Below, piece by piece: positions 36,150-51,303 of a DNA stretch of 64,000 nt. Source of the stretch: Sphagnum compactum (Eukaryota); NCBI GenBank assembly GCA_965153455.1, contig OZ234493.1, forward strand, positions 36,260,213 through 36,324,212, given 5' to 3'. Numbering within the stretch: the first letter of the stretch is position 1; every line of letters begins with the position of its first letter. The notes below the pieces were generated by a model. It saw nothing but the letters and a program-made list of their open reading frames with translations, searched no databases and had not been told where the DNA came from. The position numbers and the translations under genes were made by a program.

Positions 36150-38620
36150 AGGGGCCTTAGAAGACAATTAAAATTAGGAGTACCATAACAACCCGTTCAT
36201 GAAATGATTCAATCACAAGAATAATTATGTTCTCAAGTTGAGGGAATTCAAGAATTTGATGTTCCTAGCAATGAGCTTGAACAACTGGTTACAATAGATT
36301 TACCTATTCATCACATATTAACAGAGTAGGAAAAAAGAAGGGAACCACAAGTACCTTCAATTGGTCGATTTTGACATCCCAGTAGTCATCCCAACAATGG
36401 AGGCCAAACGCACAATCGGGTGGACACAACATCGTACCTGTTCAACATGTTGATGAAGTAACCTTGTAACACAAAAGTGGCAATTTGCAACACCCGATTA
36501 TCACATTCCCAAAGCTACTGTACGATTTTGATAAACATTGGTCGTTGAGTACTAGACATCTATATCGGTCCCTGTTTTGAATCCAATTATAATATATTCA
36601 GAATACGTAATCAATTCTTAAACTAGTTGGAATAGCTATGCAACTTGGAACGAAAACCTTCACACAGATCTAGTTCTCAACAACATGTAGAATCGATGGA
36701 CGTGGTCATATTATCTGTTACTGTCCAACAAACACAACCTGTCATTCAAGGTGTTTGGTTGAGTAACCACATGTTCAGCGAAGTATACCGGTTATGAACC
36801 CATAGCCCACCATTCAAATTGCATTAACCAGTGCATATTGTCAATAGGTTGAACATGAATTCAAGAATTGTCCTTTTGTGGATGATAAATTGAAATGATT
36901 AATGAGAGAAGAACTCAAAACTTCTCTATCACTTGCTACAATGAGCACACTAGTGATATTAGTTGGTGTACATGTGCAACAAATCCAATCACAGCTGGGT
37001 TTGGGTATTCACCCAACATTGGTTAGTCAACACCTAGGTTGGTAGCAACTTGTTGCACCATTGATAGCAAGACAACCATGTCCATCATATCCAATGTGGT
37101 ATAATATGGTTCCACTTTTTGTAACCATGGATGCTTACATGTATTCTATGTATTATTATGGAATCAAAGGACCTGATCCATTGATTTTTGGAAGAAAAGA
37201 GAGATATGTAGTCGATACTACCCAAATAGAATCGGTGCCACATGTTGAACCACTAGAGCAGACTCAATATCTTGCTAGAATACCAACTTCAGGATTCAAG
37301 CAACTAGTTTTAATTCTTAGATGTGTACATGTTTAATAAACAACGACACCAATATTACCTGTTAACATACATGTTGCCAATGGACCACATGTCCATGGTA
37401 ATGATGTTTTATTTTAGTAGTCAATAAAGACTAATTCACATCCACAGCCAGGTGGAAAATCGCTTGGAGGTTCGCCTAATGGAAAATCACAAAGAGGAAG
37501 AGGATCACCTAACTGAAACCCATTTGAAGGACTACCACCTAATCCACCTGTTGGATTTGATGGATGGCCGACACCTGATCCAAGAATAATCATGCCACCA
37601 TGGTACCTAATGGTAGTAGTTTGATCTGAACCAACTAGTAAACTACCATATATCAAAAACTTCAATATCCAACATACATGAAGGATACTAATCTTGATGC
37701 TCACATCGAAGTTTTCAAAAAAATAATAAAGTTAATGGGGGAATTGTGGAAGTTGATATCAATTTATTTGGTTTCACTTTACAAAATAGTATCTTGGAAT
37801 AGGGCGAAAATTTTGTACAAGATCATCCCAATTGTGCTTTTGAAGAGTTGGAACAAGTGTTTTGCAAATGTTTTTGAATTGTGAAGAACAATGAAAAAGT
37901 TTATATGTAGTTGAGGAACCTCCAACAACAAGTTGGTGAACGGGTAAAGGTCTATTATGAGTGTTTGTTAAATTTGCTAGTTGTTTGCAAGTGAAGGCTA
38001 CCAATGTGTTCTTTACTACTATTTTCAGAGCAGGTTTGCAACCATATCTTAAACTAGCAATAGTAGGTATAACAAGACATACCCTTATCAAACATAAAAA
38101 AGTTGTAGTGATCTGTAAAGAAAGTGGACCAGTCATAGCAAATTACAACATTTAGATAACTCGCCCAAAAGTGCAAACTTGTTGCACAACTTATAGTTAC
38201 TTATACTATTGCTAAACAATAGCTTACTTGTTCAAATTGTGATAAAATTGGTCATGCTAAAGAAACTTGTCACAATAAGAAAAGAGAAAAACTTGTAATA
38301 CCTATTATTCCCACCATAGTTGTTGAATCGGTAGTTGAAGTTACTACACAACTTGTTAAACTAACTAAACTACCATTGAAATATCCCTGCATTATCTATT
38401 CTAACTTTAAACACCATGCACCTAATTGTCCTAGAAACACAGAAGTTTAAAAAATGTTTCACACTAAACCAACCACTACTACCACTATAGTAGCAAAACC
38501 CTCTAAACTTGATAATGTAATAGTTAATGTAGTTGTTGTCACGACATGTAGCCAAATAGTAGAACAATAGGTGCTTAGAAAACATGAACCGATGAAGAAG
38601 CTTGTGTTGGGCAAACATTA
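36150..38620 (+). mobile_element. Degenerate LTR retrotransposon (Ty3/gypsy-like) gag remnant
   Basis: About 37650-38130 translates with stops and frameshifts as KLQYPTYMKDTNLDAHIEVFKKII..NGE...INLFGFTLQN...*GENFVQDHPNCAFEELEQVFCK...YM*LRNLQQQVGERVKVYYECL...CLQVKATNVFFTTIFRAGLQPYLKL (Retrotrans_gag-like), then zinc knuckles CSNCDKIGHAKETC (about 38228-38270) and CIIYSNFKHHAPNC (about 38388-38430). Boundaries approximate; LTRs not identified. Confidence 0.75.
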
Positions 38621-39792
38621 GCCTTCAATGTTTATTGTAGATGTTTTTGCTTCTTTGATCTTTTTCAATTGCATGTATGAAATTGTTGGTTGCACGTTTT
38701 CAATCCAATTCAATTCCCTTTTGTATTTGGTAGCTTTTGGTTGCACATTTATTGATGTGAGATATTCCAGGCTCGAATTGACAAGAGATCCTTGACATTG
38801 TGCAGATGTAAATTTTCATGCTGATTGTTCTTGAATCAATAAATGAAGGATTAGGCTATTTGGATTATAATTCTTGAATTTTAAAGAGTTCAATTTTGTG
38901 AAATAACAGTTGCAACCGCAAAAATAGTTATTAGGGAAATAACAAGCCCATAAAACAAATGAATGTAGCCTGTCAAACAGCCACAAGAAAACAAATTCAA
39001 TGAAGGCATGCTTAGTTGGGACAACACCAGACTTTCCTTGTGTTAAGTGTTGCAAAAATGTCCAAGTAACATTTCCAAAGGATATGCCTGATTTGTTTGT
39101 TGGAAGCAAGGTATGAAGAGCATATAACATATAACCTTGTCTGAGTGTACAGGAAAAGTGATGCCAAAAAAATTTGAACACCTGCTGCCCTCAGCATTCA
39201 GAATGGTTTTAAATAATAACTCCACCACAAGAAAGCAATTGTGGTATAGAGCATAGAAGGTGAGTTGCATCAAGAAGCGGATGCAAAAAATCCTCCATTG
39301 TGATGGAGCTGTCCTCATGCACCACCATCTTGTTAACAGAGAACACACTAAAATCAGAAAAAAACAAAAAACAAAAAAACTTTGAGGCACATGTAAGAAG
39401 AGTAGAGCCAATTATGGTGCACTAAAATCCTACACTCTGATTCATGGGCTCAAATGGAATCATCTGATGGTATAAGGTTCAGTATCACATATACTGTTTT
39501 CGGCAACAAGGTATCTCAGCTTCCACAAGAAGTTTTAGACCCGCAGCATGGCCTTTCAAGGCACCTGTACTTTAGGTAATGGCACATCTGCAAGTTGTTG
39601 ATCACTGAATCTACCCTTTATATGCTGTAGTTGGAAGGAAATAGTTACTGGCTAACTTCGCAACAGAAGAACAGTAAATGAAAAAAAAAGAAGTTTTCAT
39701 TCTCTAACTTCAAGTCTGCATCAGTTGAAACTGCCTATGTTTGCTGATCATGCCTTCTCCACAATGCACAACATGAGTGCTTGGAATGGTCA

Positions 39793-42063
<2,271 letters not shown>

Positions 42064-42140
42064 CTCTTCTTCTTCTTATTCTTCTTCTTCTTCTTTCCCT
42101 CCTCCTCCTCCTCCTCCTCCTCCCCCTCCCTCTTCCCCCT
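42064..42140. repeat. (TCT)n/(CCT)n purine-pyrimidine tract in the RBX1 5' leader
   Basis: ctcttcttcttcttattcttcttcttcttc...cctcctcctcctcctcctcctcc immediately upstream of the RBX1 ATG. Confidence 0.85.
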
Positions 42141-42668
42141 ACCCCAACCTAGCCCCCAAAGCCTTGTTCTCCACTCCTCCACTTTGACCTCCTCCGTGTT
42201 CACCACCACCTATTGAGGCATAATAATCTCTCTTCCACTGCAGTTTGAAAGGCAAGCTACGGCCTCCTCTTATCACGCCGCTCTTGCAAACTCGTGGCGA
42301 TGAGAATCAAATGGGAGGAAAGTTCAAGAGCGCCAAACCCTAAAGTAGTAGTCTTTGTGCTGCATTGCCGGTTCAATTTGTAACCCTAATTCACGACGAA
42401 TTCCGAACCCCAAAAATATTTCAGTGCAGGCTACCGAAAGCCTCAGGGTGGGGGCATGCTCAAAAATAAAGGGCCTAGGACTAGCTGGTTGTTGAGTTCA
42501 ATCCTGGCATTTTGGGAATGGACCACATTTGTGGAAGGACTTCACCCATTATAAAATATTGTCGCATTTAAAAAAGTAAAAATTGATTCCTCATGGAGCT
42601 GAAAAAATCTTGTTTGTCGACATCGCAAGAATAATAACTTACATAATTTGAAAGGTACTTTTCAATTT

Positions 42669-42966
42669 AAAAATTTTAAATTCACACCTTTTTTGGTTAA
42701 ATTCAGACCTTTCTGATGTTCAAGTTCAAAAGCCCTTGGTCGTGGTCAAGAAACAGGGCAGACCTGCAGGCTCTAAGAACAAGACAAGCACGACCAGAGA
42801 CAAGTCTCACTCTGAATACGTGGAAGGACGCAAGTGTGGGGTCTGTGGTCAATCAGGGCACACGAGAACTTGCCCGCAGAAGTAATTGAACTGATAAAGG
42901 AACATACTCTTAAAGTTTAATCTGCATAAAATCGGACGGGCGAAGGGTGTGAATTTAAAATTTTCC
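42669..42966 (+). mobile_element. Non-autonomous Mutator-like element (MULE deletion derivative), 298 bp, with TIRs and 9-bp TSD
   Basis: TIRs aaaaattttaaattcacacc (42669-42688) and ggtgtgaatttaaaattttcc (42946-42966); perfect 9-bp direct flanks tttcaattt (42660-42668 and 42967-42975). Internal open frame to TAA 42885 reads ...KPLVVVKKQGRPAGSKNKTSTTRDKSHSEYVEGRKCGVCGQSGHTRTCPQK*, resembling a MULE transposase C-terminus (GRP plus zinc knuckle). Confidence 0.85.
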
Positions 42967-44749
42967 TTTCAATTTCTTGAAATAATTTTCAGTAGTTGGA
43001 AGTTACTCATTAATCTGTTCTTTCTCGCTGTCCCTATCAATACAACGTTGTCTCTTTCTATAGTGTCGCTATCACAATGTCGTGACAATACTTTACTTAG
43101 CGAAAAAGTTTGTCAGCACACTCTTTTATATATAAAATACAAGGTGAATATTGTCATGAACTTAGGTTGTGACAGGGTTCTTACACCTACTCCTTAAAAG
43201 TGGGGGAATCTCACATTATAAACAAGCATACTTTTTTTTTAATTTTAAAAAAATAGGTGTAAATTTTTTCGTTTTGTGGGCTTACCTATTGTGAAACACG
43301 AGTCGAATATTGTTGTGAATTTAAACATATATAAATCATGAGATGTAGGAAGGGGAGGTTTCATTAAACATAAACAATAAAATTTTTTATAAAAAAAATT
43401 CAAAAAACATATTAAGTTTTTTTTTGAAAAAATGAGTTATTTAGAAAAAATAAGAATATTTTTTATTTAGTTGACTTCAACACAAATTTAATTTAATATT
43501 TTATTTTGTTGAAGTTTTTGAAAAAAAAAAACCTTGTTGTCAAAAATTTCAAAAGTTTAGATTGGAGGAATTTGGAATCAAAGTTTGGCCTAGTATATTA
43601 GTTGTGAACACACTGGCCATCAGAACAATAAGGGAACTTTGAAATTGAGTTAGAATTTAATATGTAAATTCCTTATACATGGTGAAAGTTCAAAATTAAG
43701 AACTCACATGGCGGTTCATAAATTTTAAAATAAATAAATAATTTAACATTTGTGTGCCAAACTTGCCCATGTATTATAGTAGTTGGATAGAAGTTTGTAA
43801 AAAAACTTAGTTAATGGAGGTTTACAAAAAAGGTTCATAATTTATTAAAAAAATCATTGTTAACAAATGTTTTTTAAAAAATGATTGAAGGAAATTTTAA
43901 AAAGATATGGTTGGCGAAAAACTTTTTAAAAATATGGTTAATGAGAATTTATAAAAAGTTTAGTTGATGAGTTTTTTAGAAATGTTGCCCGGGGAAGTCA
44001 TTTCCATTTCCTTACAAATGGCGTGCATAAAATATGTAGGGTTTCATGTATTGAAAAGTCATTAATTTTTAACATTTAAATGTAAATAAGGTGCCAATAA
44101 TCCATATATATGCCTAACATATATGGTTGTGGTTAATGCATTTTGACTTTGTGGGTAAGTTGCACAAGAGTTATAAGTGATAATTACCTTGTAACTAATG
44201 TAAATGCAACATTCAATTAGCAACTACCTTACAACTAATGTACAACCTTGATGCTTTATGATCATGCCATGTGTATGCATTGCTGCCATTCATTGATGAA
44301 CTAACATTTTTACCTTTTTTGTAACTAGTTATCAACTATGGTTCTTGATGATATAATTGGTTATTTTACTAAGTTTTCACTATATAAATAGTACGATTCC
44401 ATTATTTTGGAATTGTGATTAGACTCCAGTAATGATCAACCTTCAATTTTGTTGTCAGCTAAAATATCACATCAACAAACTATATAATTAATTGAAAATG
44501 TAGTCTTGAAATACGATTGAAAGAATGTGTACATTATCTTATCGACTCCATTGGGATGTACCTGTAGATCTTCCTTTATAAACCTTGATCTTTTCTATCT
44601 AAATGCTTCATCTATAAAAACTAGATTGATTCTTTTGACAACAACTCAGACCCCACAAGGCTTGCACCTTGGGTTGTGGGTGACATTGTCATGGGTGTAT
44701 GTAGCCATGTGGCATTGGCATCAATGCCACTTGATTTGGCAAATCTATC

Positions 44750-44870
44750 CAACATGAGGTAGGAAGATTGAGGTTCCATGTGTACCATAACCTTCCAATA
44801 TGGATTTTGTTTTTCATTTAAGAATAATACATGTTGGGCTTGGGTGGGGAAAATAAATGGTGTATGTGCA
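44750..44870 (-). mobile_element. CACTA/En-Spm transposase DUF4216-like remnant
   Basis: Within ORF 44621-44896(-), TPFIFPTQAQHVLFLNEKQNPYWKVMVHMEPQS resembles the EPF(V/I)FPSQxxQVF(Y/F)xxDxxxPxWxVVxxxEPR motif of CACTA transposases. Confidence 0.5.
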
Positions 44871-45759
44871 CACCACATAGAGTAGCAGTAGTGCACTACT
44901 TGCTAGAAGACTCCAATGCAAATTTGCACACACATAAACCCGCAACTTCAGTCTTGACAGGGTGCTGAACCCAAACTTAGGTAGTTTATCACGAAGTGTA
45001 AAAGGGGGGAAGGATTCTTACACTTATTCCTTAAAAGTGGGGGTGATTTTATACCTTTAATCAGGTGTAAGATCTTGCCCATTTTAACCCCTAAATACCT
45101 AATTTTTTTTACAATGATTTTACCCATGTTTGAAGCTAAATTGGTTAGATATATTTCAATTTAATCGTCCATGAATTCTTAACAATTGAATTCAAATTTT
45201 ACACATTTAAAAATCTTTGGTAAAAATGAAATAGCCAAGATCAAGAAAGGAATAATAAGATCACAAAGCTAAATTGAATTCATGTAAGATCAGGCAAGTT
45301 TTGCCCAAGGTTGGATTTGAATTTCACCAACCACACAAAGAATTTTAAGATGAAATTAATGCATGCATTTTAATATGGCATTCATAATGACCAAGTTAGG
45401 CATTAACCAAAAACATTTCAAACCAAAATGTTGTTCCTCACATAGAAATGAAACCTTGCAATTTTTAGAATGTAAATATAAGGATTTTTCAAAACAAGAA
45501 ACAACTTGAAAGGAATCTTGGTGTTACAACTCTTGGATCAGCTCATGAATGAGTTTCCAAAATAGACCCTAGTACCCACATATGATTATCACAACCAAAT
45601 CCACACATGGAAATTCTCATTCAACCATTTAAAAGCTTTTAAAAAGGCTTATTGAATCCCAAAAGCAAAATTGGAAAACATTTAAATTTCCATTGCCCAT
45701 GATGCACCCCCAATTTTGTGGAGTGATTTTGTTGGTAAATAACCAAGTCTTTGATTTTA

Positions 45760-47050
45760 GTTTAATAGTGAAATGGTTAAATTCAATGATTTAAACTAAT
45801 GGTTAAACTTAGTGATTAGACTAATCAATTTAAACTAATGGCTAAATCTAGTGCTTAAACCTAGTAGTTAAATTCAATGACTTAAACTAATGGTTAAACT
45901 TAGTGACTAAACTATATGATTTAAACTAATGATTAGACGTAATGGCTAAACCTACTAGCTGAACTTAACAACTTAAACTAATAACTAAACCTAATGGTTA
46001 AATTCAACGATTTAAACTAATGGCTAATCTTAGTGGTTAAATTCAACAATTTAAACTAATGGTTAAACTTGGTGATTAAACGCATTGATTTAAATTAATG
46101 GTTAAACCTAATGGCTAAACTCAACAACTTAAATTAATGGTTAATCTTAGTGGTTAAACTCAACGATTTAAACTAATGGTTAATCCTAGTGGCTAAACCC
46201 AATGACTTAAACTTAGTGGTTAAATTCATCAACTTAAATTAATGGTTAAACTTACTGGTTAAACTCATCAACTTAAATTAATGGTTAAACTTGTTGGTTA
46301 AACTCATCGACTTATATTAATGGCTAATTTTAGTGGTTAAACTCAGTGACTTAAACTAATGGCTAAACCTAGTTGTTAAACTTAACGACTTAGACTAATT
46401 GTTAAGCATTGATTAAATTTAATGATTAAATCTAATGGCTAAACATAATGGTTAAATTTAGTTAATAAACTTAATGGTTAAACATAGTATTTAGTTTATA
46501 AACATAATGGCTAAACATAATGGCTAAATTTAGTCAATAAACCTAATGGCTAAACATGTTTCATGGCTAAACCTAGGTTAAACCTTGTGGCAATATCCAG
46601 TGGTTAAACATAATGACTAAACCTTGGTTAAACATAGTATTTAGTTAATAAACATAATGGCTAAACATAATGGCTAAATTTAGTCAATAAACCTAATGGC
46701 TAAACATGTTTCATGGCTAAACGGTTAAACCTTGTGGCAAAATCCAGTGGTTAAACATAATGACTAAACCTTGGTTAAATATAATGTTTAAACTTAGGTT
46801 AAACTTAGTGGTTAAATATAATGGCTAATCTTAAATTAAACTTAGTGGGTAACTTTAGTGGTTAAACATATTAAATAAACTTAGGCTATATTTAATAATT
46901 TAGGTTATACCTATTGACAAAATTTAATGGTTCAATTTAGGTTAAATTTAAAATTAACTTAATGGCTAAAATTTGGGTAAACCTAATGGCTAAATCTAAT
47001 GGCTAAACATAATGGTTAAACCTAATGAATACATTTAGTGACTAAAATTA
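45760..47050. repeat. ~1.3-kb AT-rich satellite array of a 12-13-bp unit (taatggttaaac(c/t)) with higher-order structure
   Basis: Continuous variants of (c/t)taatgg(t/c)taaa; ~38-bp super-units around 46000-46400; near-perfect 150-bp duplication (aacatagtat at 46481 and 46631). Confidence 0.95.
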
Positions 47051-47220
47051 GGTAGGTGAATGGGTGGATAGGGAAATAAATAATATGTTGGTAGGTGGGT
47101 AGGTAAGTAGGTAGGTTGTACAAAAGTGAAAAATTTAGGTAGGTATGTAGGTAGGTAGGTGAAAAGGTATGGGTAGGTAAGTAGGTAAATAAAAGGTAGG
47201 TGGGTGGGTAATATGTAAGT
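47050..47220. repeat. Degenerate (GGTA)n tract; the same motif occurs at about 19878-19908 and as (TACC)n at about 13436-13510 and 51045-51170
   Basis: Multiple ggtaggtaggt/ggtgggtagg runs. Confidence 0.85.
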
Positions 47221-48307
47221 AATTAATTAAATAAATAAGTGGATGAGTACGTAGGAGGCAAATTCATAGGGTAATAGAACATGTTGTATTTGACTAAAGA
47301 TCATTGGCCATTTTGACTAAATGTTCAACTTGATTAAAAAACATTGGCCATTTGAATGAATGTTCAATTTGACTAAAGACCATTGGCTATTTTGACTAAT
47401 GTTATACAACTTGACTATGTGTATTTAATCAAATGAATCACTATATTCAAGTTGATCAGTCAACAAATACATGTATCATTCAAGCCCTTGGCCTTTAGTC
47501 AAAGTGTACATGTCCATTAGTCAAAATGAAAAGTTAGTCAATTTGAACTTTTTAAAAATCATGAACTGTAGTAGTGATGCCTTGTCACATGCGCAAAAAA
47601 TGGAAAGGGTCACATGTAGGTGTGGAAAAATGTGTGAAATCACAAGAGAATCCATGAGAAATGAAGTTGCATTCAGATTGAATACACATTTTTGGGTGAA
47701 GATTACCTAGCAAGATGTGGGTCCATATGCATTAAACTTAAATTTAAAAGGTTTATTGTCGAGAAATTTAGCTAATTGTTAGTAGTTAAGGTTTGTATAG
47801 ATTTGGAAAAATTGCAATAAAAACTAGAAAAAAAACAACATAATGTGGAAAAAAGACCATATACACACAAAAGCAGAACTTCCCAAACAAATAACTCTTT
47901 TTTGACAATGATAAAACACATTGGGTTTCATCTTAAAAAACTTTGCCTCCAATAGCCATTATTTCAAAGAGGTTATTATCCTCACTTTATAAGGACGCAT
48001 TTCACTGTTTTGACAAATCATTCCCTGCTATTTGTTTATTAGAAAGCCAAACTGCACCCTTGGAAATGTAGTTCAACCTTTCAAAACTTTCGGAATCGAT
48101 GCACACCCGCGCTTGCTTCTTTGAGCTTCTTCAACTGTTGAACCTTTCTAGCCATTCTAGTTGGATCCACGATTTTAAAAGCAAGCCTTGTAGACCCCTT
48201 CCAATTACATCCCTGTTTTCAAAATGAAGGTTTCAAAATTGTTTGTACTTTTATGATCGTCTCATTCACTTCAAGAATTTGTGCATTTTTGAAACATTCT
48301 CAATCAC

Positions 48308-48705
48308 TTCAACCTTTGTCATAACTTGAAAAATGTTTTTCTCACAAAACCATAACGACTTCTTTCCTTGCTTTGTTCAACCTTTGTCACATAGGACTAA
48401 AAAATATCCTTTCCACAAAACCATGACTTCTTTTCTTGCTTAATTCAACCTTTGTTACATAGAATTGAGAAACATGCTTCTCACAAAACCATAACAACTT
48501 CTCTCCTTGCTCACTTTAGCATTTGTCACACACTATTGAAAAACGATCTTTTCACTAAACCTATGTGACTTCTTTTCTTGTTCATTTCAACCTTTGTCAC
48601 ACACTATTAAAAAAAATTTATTTTCACTAAACCTATGTAGCTTCTCTCCTTGCTCATTTCAACCTTTATCACACACTATTAAGAAGTGTTCTTCTCACCA
48701 AACCC
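48308..48705. repeat. ~68-72-bp degenerate tandem repeat, 6 copies
   Basis: ttcaacctttgtcac...tcacaaaaccat..gacttct.ttcttgct; units at about 48308, 48376, 48444, 48514, 48586 and 48658. Confidence 0.88.
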
Positions 48706-49746
48706 TAAATATGCAAAAACAAGAAACTTAGGATGAAACTCAAATTTCACTAGAATTGGTGCATTTTTGAATTTCGACTTGTGTTTTTTTTTGTTTAATG
48801 TGTCATCTTGTCTTTTGGTTAAACACAGGGTCTACGCCAGTGTTGGACAAGTATCACAATTTTATGATACCCATTAGGTTCGGTTTTCACAAAATAATTA
48901 TACAAAAGGGTTTGGTTCTCCTCAAAAAGAATTTTAAAAACTTTTTTAAGTTGAGGAAAGGTATCAACATTTAAAAAATAAATAAATTGGTTTTCACAAT
49001 GTCGGTTCTCGAAAATTTGAGAATAACTGGTTATCCTTTGTTGGTCTTCACAAACCAAATATTACTTTTACATTTTTAATTAAAAATTAAAAATTAAAAA
49101 TAAAAATAAAAATTATTGATTTGATTTTCTTAAAAACAACAACTCTAGCTTTTTGAAGAAATTCAAAATCATAGGATGTTTAGTTCAAGGTTTTTGAAAG
49201 ATTTCTAAAATAAATCATCATTTAAAATAAACTCTCCAAACATCATTACCATCTAACCTAGCCTACCACTAATAAGTACCTACCACCAAATACTAGCCTT
49301 CCCTTGGATCTCCCATCTCCCAAGCCAAATTATACTTGATAGGCAAATTTTGATGTGGGTTTGGTGATGAAAGTGTTCTTTCTTTAGCCCTATTTAAATT
49401 AAGCTAACTTAACACTGTACCTACAAAGTTCAAACCCATGGTCCATGAACGATCAACAAGATCTGGTAAGTAAAATGTTGTTCCATTCTGCATAGAAGCA
49501 TAATTAAAATTAATGTTCATAACTTCTTTCTCATTGTTTGCTTATACAAATTTTTGATGACAGCTAAACCTTGAGACCCTAACCTGAGTAAGGGGTCAAA
49601 CTCTGCCCGGTTCTCAGATTTTTTTTTGGTTCTTTTTTAAAAAATCGATTCTCACATCCGGTTCTCACTTGTTTGGTTTTTAGTTAGAGTAATACTCATG
49701 GTGATACCCTGAAAGCATCAGACTGAGATGCTCGGGTGATGCCCAG

Positions 49747-49775
49747 GGGTATTTGTGATACCCACCCAACACTAG
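49747..49775 (+). mobile_element. Candidate Helitron 3' terminus (short hairpin, 8-nt spacer, CTAG, host T)
   Basis: gggtat-ttgtg-ataccc (49747-49763), acccaaca, CTAG (49772-49775), then T. No 5' TC end or Rep/Hel sequence identified. Confidence 0.35.
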
Positions 49776-50920
49776 TCTATGCCTCCAATTTCATGGACTT
49801 TCCAGATATTTCTATTAGGAACACAAAGTTTAGACCTTATGTTAATAGGTAGCTTTGGGGTGGGGCGGGGGGCGCGGGGATGGGGGCTGGACAATTCTGA
49901 CTCTCCTGTGACTAAATTAAAATGCCAAATCAAGACTTACTACAGATTCTGCAGCCCAGCCCATGAAGCTATTGTTACTTGGACTTTCTCAATGCTCATG
50001 GTTTTCCCTGGCTTTGAATGGTGGATTCTGCCAGGTGAAGCCGAAGCGACCTAGCAAGATCCATGGGCAAACCATGGTGAGGGTTACCTGCCAGAATCTG
50101 CCCTGTTCTCCAGTGTGTAAAACTACAAGGCAATCTATTCTGCACAATGTCAGAGTTTTTAATGTGGATGAATGTACCCTGTGCTGATTCTGTTGGCAGA
50201 ATCTGCTGAGGTGACATATTATGCAAATGCAGAATTGGCCCATCATCTACTTTATGCCAGAGAGTGGGTTAGGGATCGATGTACTATGGCCCCCAGTTTG
50301 CATTCAGACTCGCCCATACTCTCTAGAATATTCTAGACACTTGCTGCAGGTTGGTGATCCTTTTTAGCTTTCACTTTTGCAAAGTCAGGAAAAGTGAACT
50401 ATGTACAACATGGGATATATGGGAATTGGATTCTAGAACATGTGGTTTGAAGTTATGTAGTACAAAAAATGATGACGTTTTTAACTGGGAAAGAGGGTAT
50501 TGAATTTTCAACTTGCTATGACTGACACCTTCAAAGTTCGACTTGGAACACCATATAATATATTCATTCTACCTACCTCCTTTGTGTAGTTGAAAGGTCA
50601 CCCATCTCTTAAGCTTGTTTTGCATTGTGAGGCATTTTTTAGTTCAAAAATTCATATTGGATTTGGGTCATGTCCATCCTCATTAGGTCATTGTCTTGAT
50701 TATTATATCCATCCTCGTTAGGTCACTAGTGAATGGTGTCCTATGACTTGTATTGTGGTTAAATTGACTTTAACCACGATAAAAGTCTAAGGACTTTTCT
50801 AGTTCGGTGGTTGGAGAAGTACGTATAGGAGAAGTGTTTGAAAATAGACCCTTATGGATTAATGTGAGGCCTGTAGGCCAAGGGAACAGGTTGAAAATGG
50901 GGAAGGATCTATTATTTTCA

Positions 50921-51303
50921 AGGCCACAGTGAACCAACAGCCACCAGCGCACCGTGAAGGATGAATGGTGAGTGATTGGGAAATAGCTTTCTGTTGAGTT
51001 CCAGTTCCCTAGCTAACCATGGTGGTTAGCTTAGTTGCCTTTCTTGTCTACCTACCTATTAGCAACCCACAAGCAGGTCATTGCTAGTAGGTAATATAAA
51101 CAGCCCTTACTTATGTATAAACCATCTACTTACCTAGTAGGTACCTAATTTCCTACCTATCTACCTACCCGTGAGATCTATTTCCTATAAAATTGATTAC
51201 TGAGGGGAAACCAAATATTAACTCAGTTGAGGTTCATCCACAACTGAGTAATAACAGGCATCAAGTGGGTGGTATGCTGCGGGGTGCTGGTTCACTATGG
51301 CCT
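50921..51303. mobile_element. MITE-like non-autonomous DNA transposon (~380 bp) with TIRs and 7-8-bp TSD
   Basis: Left aggccacagtgaaccaaca and right tgctggttcactatggcct are inverted repeats; flanks are (t)attttca on both sides (50913/50914-50920 and 51303/51304-51310). Internal hairpins gctaaccatggtggttagc and actcagttg...caactgagt. Confidence 0.75.
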
